From Wallemia ichthyophaga EXF-994 (Eukaryota; Fungi; Basidiomycota), in contig NW_008806280.1 in NCBI RefSeq assembly GCF_000400465.1, positions 270,001-302,000 on the forward strand: a stretch of 32,000 nucleotides of DNA, written 5' to 3'. Below, one piece after another: positions 21,948 through 32,000 of the stretch. Made by a program: the position numbers and the translations under genes. Within the stretch, counting starts at the first letter, position 1. Every line of letters starts with the position of its first letter. The notes under the pieces were generated by a model that was given only the letters and a program-made list of their open reading frames with translations, did not search any database and was not told the DNA's origin.

Positions 21948-22746
21948 ATGAGCGTGATTGGTAGAATTACACATACATTCCCATTAAGAGCACAAGTTCA
22001 GGCCAGATTTGTTAGCCGATCAGCTCCAGTATTTTGTAGGCTTGGAAATCGTCGTTAATGGCCGCGCTTACACCGATCCAGCGACCAAGACACAGGACGC
22101 AGAGAAAGAGAAGGCGAGAAAGCAGCTGGAGAAGGAAAAGGAAAAGGCTAAGAAGGCTAAGGATGCTGTAAAGACGAAGCTTAGCCCACCAAAGCAAGCG
22201 CCAACCGCATGGCAGCTATTCTTCATTGAGGAGTTAGATAAGGCGAGACAACAAGGTAAAATAGAGATTGGCGTTATTAGCCACTCAGCTTCTGAGCTCT
22301 ACAAGAAACTGACAGATGCCGAGAAAATGCCCTACGTTGAACATTCCAAGGAACTTCGTGCAAAGCAGGCAAAGGAGTTCGCTGAGTATATTAAGTCGCT
22401 CCCATACGATGTTCTCAAGAAGGAGAACTCTTTACGCACCAAGCTTCGTAAGCAGGGCAAGAAGGGCGTTCAGAAGATCAGGGACCCAAATGCGCCAAAG
22501 AGACCTCTTACAGCGTACTTTGCGTATTTGAAGGATTTGAGGGATAAAGAGGATTTCAGGCAAAGCATTTTCGGCAATGATGCCACTGGCTGGCTCCAGT
22601 CTTCCATTATCGACCAGTCAAGAGCTGCGTCAGACAAGTGGAAAGCGCTTTCAGAGGACGTCAAGCAGACATACAAGGACAAAGCTACAGAGGCTAAGAA
22701 GAAGTACGAAGATGCTAAAATTGAATATCAAAACTCCTTCTTGTAA
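21948..22746 (+). CDS. Two-box HMG protein with a predicted mitochondrial presequence (Abf2/TFAM-like); 2 exons (21948-22035, 22082-22746)
   Basis: Two HMG boxes (PPKQAPTAWQLFF..YKKLTDAEKMPY; APKRPLTAYFAY..WKALSEDVKQTY). A 46-nt intron GTAGGC..CAG links an Arg/Ser-rich leader without acidic residues, MSVIGRITHTFPLRAQVQARFVSRSAPVF. Confidence 0.85.
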
Positions 22747-22752
22747 TCCATC

Positions 22753-24399
22753 ATGAACTTGCTTGAGTCTTCGCAGACTCAGAAATCGCGATGGCGGTCG
22801 CATGAGTTTAAACTTTATTACGTCGTTTTCATCGTTATGATACCAATCATATTCTACATTCCTTTCCAAATATCTACGCAACAGCACATAAACTATGCGC
22901 GTTATAGCTCCAGACTAACGGATGGTTGGCTATTTGGAAGGAAAATAGACCTCACGGATCAGCAGTACAAGTCGTTCAGGAACAATCTCAGCCATCTTGC
23001 TTTTATTTCTGCAACACACGTTGTTATTTCACGCGTTTTGAAGAAGATACACAAACTGACTCAGATGAATTGCAATTGGATTCTCTGCATTGCGGTGCTC
23101 CTCGGACTGCATTCGTATCAGTTTGTCTTCCCAATCGCTGTCAGTCTGCTGTCGTACATTCTATCAAAGTGCTTGGCAGGCTACAAACACTTTTACGCGC
23201 TGATATGGATGTTCAATATTATCACGCTGGTTGCTATAGAGTATTACAACGGCATCTCATTTAGTCTGATTCACCCTGCGCTCGCTCACCTCAATAATAG
23301 TCGCGGTCTGGTAAGATGGTACGTCTTTTACAAAATGACAATGCTCAGAAACATCTCTTTCGCTCTCGACTTGCACTGGATGAGAAGAGATCGCAAAGCG
23401 TACAAAGCTATACCAATCAATGGTCTCTCCTACTCTGAGAGGAAGAATGTGCCCCTTTCCGAGCAAGATTACAGCGTAAACAACTTTATATACTACTCCT
23501 TCTACCCCCCTCTCTACTTGGCGGGACCGATAATCACATACAATGACTTTGCACATCAAACATACCTACACTTCAAACCACCTACGCTAGAATACATAGC
23601 AAAATACGCACTGCGATGCTTGTCTTCATTCTTGACACTGGAATTCACTTTGCATTATATCTACGTCGTTGCGATCAAGAATACTGGTGCATGGAGGAAC
23701 GATACCCCTGCGCAAATAGCATTGATAGGATTCTGGAACTTGATAGTAGTGTGGCTGAAGCTACTAATACCGTGGCGTTTCTTCAGGCTGTGGAGTTTGA
23801 TAGATGGTGTTGATTGTCCAGAGAACATGATACGCTGCGTCGCGAACAATTACTCAACAACCGGTTTCTGGAGATCTTGGCACAGGAGTTTCAACCTGTG
23901 GATAATACGCTATATCTACATACCACTGGGCGGCACGAGGTATGTATGGGTGATAACGCCTGTCATATTCGTTTTTGTTGCGCTATGGCATGATCTACAC
24001 TGGCGATTGCTGGTATGGGGAGGGCTAGCGAGTGTGATAATCGTGCCAGAGTTGCTAGCATCGCATTTCTTGCCGGCGCAGAAGGTGTGTAGTGCTCGTG
24101 CGACTTTACCTACAAGTTATTCGGCTGACAAAAAAACCCCATAGTACAGTCACCGGTGGTGGTACAGGCATGCATGCGCAGCGGGCGGCGTTCTTAACAT
24201 TGTTGCACTAATGGCGGCGAATCTCGTAGGATTCGTACTAGGTATAAGAAACACTAGGAACTTTCTCACAGATCTAGTCTTCTCCGTCGAAGGCTGGCAG
24301 TTCCTCGCCATTGCCCTCCCGTCTCTCTTTGTCGGCGTGCAAGTGATGTTTGAGCTGAGGGAGTCAGAGAAAAGACACGGGGTGAATCTGCGTTGTTGA
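22753..24399 (+). CDS. GUP1: MBOAT-family O-acyltransferase, GUP1/HHAT-like (GPI-anchor lipid remodelling); 2 exons (22753-24084, 24145-24399)
   Basis: W..HEFKLYY, DLTDQQYKSFRNN, MLRNISFALD, YPPLYLAGPIITYNDF, PENMIRCVANNYS..GFWRSWHRSFN.WIIRYIYIPLGG and FVALWHD (catalytic His). Confidence 0.92.
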
Positions 24400-24471
24400 G
24401 GTGGTGTATTATATACATTTTACACATTCAATATCCGCATTTTGCCATAAAATTTTCAGTTTATCTCCCCT

Positions 24472-24479
24472 TATATAAA
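24472..24479 (+). promoter_or_regulatory. TATA box of the metallothionein gene
   Basis: TATATAAA lies 47 nt upstream of the ATG at 24526. It is the only canonical TATA box I found in the window's promoters. Confidence 0.6.
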
Positions 24480-24525
24480 GGCTGTGGGATAGAGCTTCTC
24501 AATTATTCACGACGATCAACGCAAA

Positions 24526-24815
24526 ATGGCTTGTCAAAACGATTGCAAGTGCGTTTATTTGTTCAAAGCCCACACACTCACACAGACACACACTCACCAC
24601 CACACAGATCCTGCGGCGCGAGAGACGAACCAACTACGAAATGCCAATGCAAGCCAGGCGAATGCACCTGCATAGGGTGCTGGAAGAGTGCGCACCACAA
24701 AGATGTAAGTGGTGTAGATTGCTCAAGTGACGTAGCTGAAGTAATAAAGTGCACTTGCTCGGGCAGTGGAAGTGACTGTGGCTGTCTCAAAGAGGGCCGC
24801 GCGTGTACCTGCTGA
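24526..24815 (+). CDS. Metallothionein-like Cys-rich protein, 61 aa; 3 exons (24526-24548, 24608-24704, 24750-24815)
   Basis: Spliced translation MACQNDCKSCGARDEPTTKCQCKPGECTCIGCWKSAHHKDCTCSGSGSDCGCLKEGRACTC has 14 Cys, mostly in CxC pairs. It has a TATA box and a good start context (CAAAATGG). Confidence 0.85.
24570..24607 (+). repeat. Imperfect (CA)-rich tract inside metallothionein intron 1
   Basis: CCACACACTCACACAGACACACACTCACCACCACACAG. Confidence 0.6.
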
Positions 24816-25329
24816 AGACGGCTGAGCACAGGGTGCAAATATTTCTTGTAACATTAAGCATGTATTGTATAGTCTTTATTCGAAGATGATGTGCCGGATT
24901 GTGTTACTGCTGAGTATTCTCGCCGTTCAAATCAATAAATTAGCTTATCGATCGGCTTATCGAGTGCCGTCGGGAGTAGTCGGAGCCAGTGTCTTCTTGT
25001 TTCAGGGCAGAAGCGGCAGAGGATTACGGGTCAATGGGGTAAGTTGAAAGATGCTAAATATGCCCATAGAAATCCCCCGAATATAGAAATCACTCAGCCT
25101 ACCCGCAGCCCAAACAAACAAACACCCCAACAGTTCGAATGGAAAGGGCGACGGGCGGTGTACTTTCCCAGCCAGCCACAGAACCACACAAACCCCTCGC
25201 CACACTCGCCAGCCTCTGTTTATGCGCCCATTTTAGATTTTCCCCAACCGATTCAATCACAAAATCACGGTCATTTTCTTGAAGCTCTTCAACCAATTCG
25301 AATAAAATTAAATTAAAATTTCTGGGCTC

Positions 25330-28300
25330 ATGTCTATTCTAAACGCAGCCAAATCACTCGTAGGAATTGAGGAGCAAAGAACACTCACCGTGCAATCTTC
25401 ACAAACACGTATCGGTATCCCGGTTTCGCGCAATGTGTGGTGGAAAGCTGAGATACTGCGTGAGAATTTCCTCCAATCAGCCTACTCCCTGGTAGAGCAG
25501 GACGAGAGCGCTGAAGATGATTTCGCTCAATTGGAGCTTCTTAGCAAGTTTTTGAAGTGGGTTTCTGTCTTGTCTGGCTGTTTACTTGGCTTATTGGTTG
25601 CACAGATTCGTTGCTACAAGCCAACTTGATGAGCAATCCCTCTACGTTCTCCAGGCTTCTCTCGTCCATTTCCACCAAGTCCACCTCTCACATGTCGACG
25701 TACACAACTTAACCGCAAAGCTTGACGCTGAATTACGCAAGCTCGTCTTATCCGCTTTCTTCAAGTCGAGAGCCGCGTTGGAAGCTGCGGGCTTAGAAAC
25801 TCCTCAATCCCCACCATCAGCTCTGATCCAGCAATCTATTCAAGGAAATGCTAACGTCTACGCTCTCTTTGGTGGCCAGGGCGCTAACGAAGTCTACTTT
25901 GATGAGTTACAGAACCTTTTCGATATATATCAGCCATACGTTGAAGACTTCTTGACCGAATCATCAAAAACTCTGATCGATTTGGCTAAGAATGCATCAA
26001 ATAACGGTTCCGTCTACTACAGTCAATCCATCGATCCTGTTGGCTGGCTCAAAAACTCGTCTTCCCGCCCCTCAGTAGCTTACTTAGCATCTATTCCACT
26101 TTCACTTCCACTCATCGGTCTAACTCAACTTGTACAATACCTCGCATTCGCCTCTGCTTGCTCTCTTACCCCTGCTCAACTAAGAGAAAACATTCACGGT
26201 GCAACAGGTCATTCTCAAGGTGTAATCTCCGCCGTTGTTGCCGCTGCTTCTGATTCTTATCAAGATTTCACTTTAAATGCAGTTAAAGCTCTCAAACTTC
26301 TTTTCTACATTGGTTTGCGTGGTCAAGAGACTTTCCCAACCCTTTCAATTGAACCTGCTCTCGTTGAGGATTCTATTGAAGGCGGTGAAGGCGAACCAAC
26401 TCCTATGCTTTCTGTTTCTGGTTTATCTTTATCTGTTTTGGAGTCATTCGTCAATAAGACCAACGCTCATTTGGCTGATTCTTCAAAGATCGATATCAGA
26501 CTTTTGAATGGCCCAAAGAACTTTATTGTCACTGGTCCTCCTCGTAGTCTCTACGGTTTAGTCACTAATCTTCGCAAAGTCAGAGCCCCAACTGGCTTGG
26601 ATCAATCAAAGGTTCCTTACTCAAAGAGAAAAGCCGTTTTCAATGCTAGATTTTTGGTCGTCGGTGTCCCTTACCATTCTCCTTATCTCGCCGATGCCAT
26701 TCCAAAAGTTTTCGACGAGGATTTGGCAAAGGAAGAACTGTGGTCTCCTTCAGATTTGAAATTGGCCGTATACCACACCGAAACTGGTCAAGATTTACGT
26801 GAATTGTCTAGCGGCTTAACGAAATCACTTCTCATCCAAATCTTCACTCAACCAATATACTGGACAAAGGCAACCAATTTCCCTGAATCTGCCACTCACG
26901 CAATCGACTTTGGTCCAGGTGGTATGTCTGGTATTGGTCCACTCACTCAACGTAACTGGGAAGGTCGCGGTATTAGAGTTCTTATTCCAGGCGCCAACGG
27001 TAAGCTTGGCTCAGAAATCTACGGCTCTTCTCTCATCAAGGAGGAGAAGTGGAGTGAAAAGTTCCAACCCGCTCTCGTCAAGACTAAGGATGGAAAGATT
27101 CACCTAGACACTCCATTCTCAAGAATGCTCGGTAAGCCTCCACTCATGGTTGCTGGTATGACTCCATGCACTGTCAAGGGTGGCTTCGTTTCTTCGGTCC
27201 TCAACGCTGGCTACCACATCGAGTTGGCTGGTGGTGGTCACTATAATGCAAAGATGCTTCGCGCGAAGGTGGAAGAAATCCAGCAAAACATTCAACCTGG
27301 TAACGGTATCACTTTAAACGCGCTTTACATCAATCAACGTCAATTCACCTTCCAATTACCGCTTTGGCAACAGATGCGTCAAGAGTGAGTACCTTTGCCT
27401 CGAGTCTTACTAACGCTAATGTGACATCAGGGGTCTTCCTATCGAAGGTTTCTGTGTTGCTGCTGGTATTCCATCTTCAGAGAAGGCTACCGAGATGATC
27501 AATTCCCTTAAGGAGTCTGGCATTAAGCATGTTTCCTTCAAACCAGGTTCAGTTGAAGGTATTCGCCAAGTCGTCAACATTGCTGCCGCAAACCCATCTT
27601 TCCCAATCATTATGCAATGGACAGGTGGTCGTGCTGGTGGCCACCACTCATGCGAAGATGTTCATCAACCAATCATTCAGACATACGCCTCTATCAGACA
27701 GCACTCAAATATCTCGCTCGTTGCTGGATCTGGATTTGGTGCAGCTGATGACTTCTGGCCTTACTTGACAGGTGACTGGTCGTTGGAATTCGGTCTTCAA
27801 CCAATGCCATTCGACGGGTCCCTTTTCGCTTCACGCGTCATGGTAGCCAAGGAGGCTCACACCTCTGAGTCTGTCAAGCAACTTATCGTTGATGCACCTG
27901 GTGTTGATGACAAGGACTGGGAGCAGACTTACGATAAGGTGACTGGTGGTATCTTGACTGTTCGTTCCGAGTTGGGTGAGCCAATTCATAAGATCGCTAC
28001 TCGTGGTGTTAAACTGTGGAGAGAGTTCGACGATACCGTCTTCAACCTTCCTCGCGAGAAGCGTGGTCCCTGGTTAGAAGGAAAGCGCGACTACGTCATC
28101 GGCAGACTCAACAAGGACTTCCAGAAGCCATGGTTTGGCGAAAAGGCAGACGGTGTTGTTGTGTCTGACATTGGCGACATGACATACGAGGAAGTAACTA
28201 GACGTATGGTCAAACTTCTCTACGTTGCCCACCAGTCCCGTTGGATTGACGTATCTCTCCGCAACCTCGTCGGTGATTGGTTGAGACGTGTCGAAGAGCG

Positions 28301-31300
28301 TTTCTCTGCTGTTGATGGTACTGATAAGATCTCCATCTTGCAGAACTACTCTTCCCTCAACTCCCCAAGTGATTTCATTAACAATTTCTTCACTGAATAC
28401 ACTGGCGCTACTGAGCAACTCCTTGCCGCTGAGGATAAGGCATACTTCCTTAATATTACTCAACGCCCTGGACAAAAGCCAGTTCCGTTTATCCCTGTTC
28501 TTGACAACTCATTCGAAGTCTGGTTTAAGAAGGATTCGTTGTGGCAAGCTGAGGATATGGATGCAGTCGTCGATCAAGGTGGGTTGCGGTGCAATTTATT
28601 TTTTACTAACTTTGCTAACTTTTCTTTTAGACCCACAACGTGTCTGTATTCTTCAAGGACCTGTTGCTGCCAAACACTCTACTAAGGTTAACGAACCAAT
28701 TAAGGAATTGCTCGGTAAAATCGAGGAGCAACTCGTCAAGAAGCTTCTTGACCGCCGCTACAATGGCGATGCTTCTAAGGTCCCTGAAGTCGACTATATC
28801 GGCGCTCAGCTTGCCATTACGTCAGCCAGCCAAGCTGGTCTCATTGAATCCCACAAGATCATCTCAACGACTGAACAAGATAAGCAAATCTACCAGATCT
28901 CTGACAGTCTTCCATCAGCCGGTGAATGGCTGGAGAATCTCGCTGGTCGTCAAACTGGATGGTTCAGAGCGTTGCTTACCTCTCCAATCCTCGTCCAAGG
29001 CAAGGGTTACGCTACCAACCCAATGAAGAAGTTGTTAGCTCCTCGTGTTGGCCAGAAAGTTGTTATTGCCATGAAGAATGGTGAGCCTGCCGGTGCTGAG
29101 CTGTATGGTGGCATTCGTTCAGCTGGTGATTCGGATCCAAACTTCCAAGCTATCAAGATCTCTTACGACGAGTCCATTAAGCGTATTACTCTCGTTCTCT
29201 CCGAAGAGCGTCGTGGCGAGAGCGTACCGCTTACCTTCATATACGACTACAAGCCAGCAATAGGGTACGCACCAATCCACGAAGTCATGGAGGGTCGCAA
29301 CCAGCGTATCAAGGAATTCTATTGGAAACTCTGGGAGCTCGGCACACCAACTGAACTCAACGTTCGCGACACTTTCACTGGCCCACCTTTCACCATCGAT
29401 ACTGCCACCGTAGAGAAGTTCTGCGCTATCATCGGCAACGACGGCGAGGCATTCAAGTCGAACAGATCGGATGAAGTTCAAGCACCAATGGATTTCGCTA
29501 TCGTTACAGGCTGGCAAGCTATCATGAAGTCCATCTTCCCTAAGGAGATCGACGGTGATTTACTCAAGCTTGTCCACTTGTCAAACGGATTCAAGATGGT
29601 TGATGGTGCACGTCCTATCGCTGTCGGTGATGTTTGCTCGGCGGAGTGCAAGATCGTCTCCATTGTCAACTCGGACTCCGGCAAGACTGTCGTGGTTAAG
29701 GGACACGTCGTCAGAGATGGGAATCCAGCCATTGAGGTCTCATCTTCATTCCTCTATCGCGGTAAATTTGATGACTACGAAAATACCTTTGAGATTACAG
29801 ATGATGCTCAATACAGAGTTACTCTTAAGAGCGACTCTGATGTTGCCCTTCTCAGATCTAAGGAGTGGTTCCAATGGGAAGACGAGAGAATACCTCTTAC
29901 TGTCGGTACCACATTGATCTTTGATACTCAGTCTGAGATTCATCACGGAAACGCCACCTCATACAAATCTTTGAGCGTCAGCGGCCGTGCCAATATTCGC
30001 AACCAGCTCAAGGAACTCGTTCCTGTGGGTTCTATTGGATTGGAAACTGGTATGACTAAGGGTAACCCAGTCAATGAATACCTTAGACGCAACGGCGAGG
30101 TCATTAATGGCAGAACACTATTCGAAAATGATGGCTACTCAATCACTAAGTCTGCAAACCCATCATTGTACGTCTCGCCATTCTCCAACGAGTCATACTC
30201 GAAAATCTCTGGTGATTACAATCCAATCCACATCAACCCGTACTTCGCGGATCTCGGCAACTTGCCTGGAACCATCGCTCATGGTATGTACGGCTCAGCA
30301 GCCACTCGTAAGTACGTCGAGACAGTTGCTGCCGACAATGTTCCATCGCGTGTGCTGTCTTACCAAGTCACTTTTGTCGGCATGGTTCTTCCTGGAGACA
30401 CCTTAGAAGTGAAACTCCGTCACATCGGTATGGATGCCGGTTCGAAACTTATTTCCGTCGAAACTTTCAACCAAGATGGTGAGAAGGTGATAAGTGGACA
30501 AGCGCTTGTTGCACAACCTACAACGACATATGTCTTCACCGGTCAGGGTTCACAGGAACAGGGTATGGGTATGGCACTCTATGAGTCCTCAGCCGCTGCT
30601 CGCAACGTGTGGGACGCAGCTGATGACCACTTGGGTGAGGTGTACGGTTTCTCCATTATCGACATTGTCAAGAACAACCCTAAGGCGAAAACGATCCACT
30701 TTGGTGGATTGAAGGGACAAGCCATCCGTCAACGCTACATGGATCTTCGTTACGATACTACTGATAAGGATGGTAATGTGAAAACACTCCCACTCTTCCC
30801 AGACATCACCGTTCGCACCAGTGACTACACTTTCCAAGCACCAAATGGTTTGTTATTTGCCACTCAATTCGCTCAAATCGCTTTGGTCGTCACTGAGAAG
30901 GCAGCATTTGAAGATATGCGTTCTAAGGGATTGATTCAAGCCAACTGTGCATTTGCTGGTCACTCTCTTGGTGAATATGCTTCTTTGGCTTCGATAGCAG
31001 ACGTCTTGCCAATCTCTTCGCTTACTGATGTCGTTTTCTACCGTGGTCTGACCATGCAACGTGCTGTCGAACGCGATGCTCATGGTCGTTCGCAATTTAG
31101 GATGATGGCTGTTAATCCATCTCGTATTGGCAAGACCTTTGATGAGACTATCTTGAGGGAGATCGTTGACTCCGTTTCTAGACGCACGCAGTTGCTCCTT
31201 CAGATCGTCAACTACAATGTTGATGGTCAACAATACGTTTGTGCTGGTCATCTCCAAGCTCTCGAGACTTTGACCAACACTCTCAACTTCATGAAGGTTA

Positions 31301-32000
31301 ACAAGGTGAGCAGTTTGCTTTTTGTTTTACCTTACTAACATGGTACAGATCGACATCGCATCTCTTCTCAAGCAGCTCTCAGTTGAGCAAGTCAAGGCGC
31401 ACTTGGACGAAATTATTGACGAATGCTTCGGTAAATCCAAGGCTAAGGCTGAGTCTGAAGGCGGCTTCCTCACACTCGAGCGTGGATTCGCCACCATACC
31501 ACTCCCTGGTATCGATGTTCCGTTCCACTCCCGCTACTTGTGGGCAGGTGTTATGCCTTTCCGTACATACTTGTCGAAGAAGATCGACGCCAAAGGTGAG
31601 TTTTGTCTTGGGCTGCGCAATCGTCTTCTGACTACTAGCAGATCTCAACCCTGACATGCTCATTGGCAAGTACATTCCAAACTTGGTTGCCAAGCCTTTC
31701 GAGATCTCTAAGCCATACATTGAGATGATCCACAACCAGACCAGCTCCCCACGTCTTGAGAAGGTTCTCAGCGGCTGGGATGCAGATAAGTGGGCAGCTA
31801 CCGAAAACAGACAAGTGTTGGCCTACACTGTTCTTGTTGAGTTGTTGGCCTATCAATTCGCCTCTCCAGTCAGATGGATTGAGACTCAAGACCTCTTCTT
31901 CACTCACTACAACTTCGAGCGTTTAGTTGAGGTCGGTCCATCACCTACTCTTTCCGGTATGGCCAACCGCACTCAAAGACTCAAGTATGAGAGTCTCGAC
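25330..32000 (+). CDS. FAS1: Fungal type I fatty acid synthase, single-chain beta+alpha form (AT-ER-DH-MPT running into the alpha part); 3'-partial, 5 introns seen
   Basis: [10 protein letters not shown]; [11 protein letters not shown] and [11 protein letters not shown]; [18 protein letters not shown]; [12 protein letters not shown] and VPFHS. The frame then continues without a stop into [31 protein letters not shown], which is the N-terminal segment of yeast Fas2. Confidence 0.96.

Noticed and set aside
24351-24358. TGAGCTGA matching a Cuf1-type copper-sensing element in the GUP1 last exon
   Set aside because: The motif is too short and degenerate for a single match to mean anything.
15687-24524. 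Shared 11-mer GATCAACGCAA upstream of the GATA factor (15687-15697) and the metallothionein (24514-24524)
   Set aside because: About 0.5 such pairs are expected by chance in 1.8 kb of intergenic DNA, so one pair is not informative.
25044-25316. 90-aa ORF in the FAS upstream region and overlapping antisense ORFs
   Set aside because: Low-complexity Pro/Gln/Asn composition from a C/A-rich promoter strand, with no recognisable motif.
28074-31907. Long antisense and alternative-frame ORFs inside FAS (28074-28475, 29119-29517, 29555-29917, 30853-31257 and others)
   Set aside because: Expected shadows of strong C/T-ending codon bias in a highly expressed gene; no protein motifs.
1-32000. Mobile elements, CRISPR arrays, tRNA/rRNA genes, programmed frameshifts
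   Set aside because: No transposase or RT motifs, terminal repeats, spacer arrays or RNA-gene signatures were seen. All frame changes in the ORF track are explained by short GT-AG introns.

Overview
Eukaryotic (fungal, basidiomycete) chromosomal DNA with an extremely compact layout. I could reconstruct 16 protein-coding genes, with about 50 introns almost all 40-60 nt long and most intergenic gaps of 6-130 bp. Order: DOP1 (partial, -), DHR1/ECM16 DEAH helicase (+), APC2 (+), two single-pass PPxY membrane proteins (+), ACB1 (-), TMS1/Serinc (+), DUF1295 reductase-like (-), GH47 alpha-1,2-mannosidase (-), KES1/OSH4 (-), PAS-GATA transcription factor (+), FLC/PKD2-type TRP-like protein (-), ARO7 chorismate mutase (+), mitochondrial two-box HMG protein (+), GUP1 MBOAT (+), a spliced 61-aa metallothionein (+) and a single-chain fatty acid synthase (partial, +). 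The compactness, tiny introns and presence of FAS suggest a Wallemia-like genome; this is inference, not a database result. I saw no rRNA, tRNA, transposon or CRISPR. The main leads are: (1) the HMG and GUP1 ORFs are in frame and separated only by TAA-TCC-ATC; (2) APC2 ends before its E2-binding WHB domain; (3) a possible spliced signal-peptide leader on chorismate mutase; (4) head-to-head gene pairs with 26-85 bp between start codons and tandem arrays with almost no room for promoters; (5) 8-15 nt micro-exons carrying conserved motifs; (6) a recurrent CRE-like ACGTCA next to start codons; (7) an enrichment of lipid and membrane genes. All exon structures were deduced by hand from splice signals and protein-family motifs, not from RNA data.
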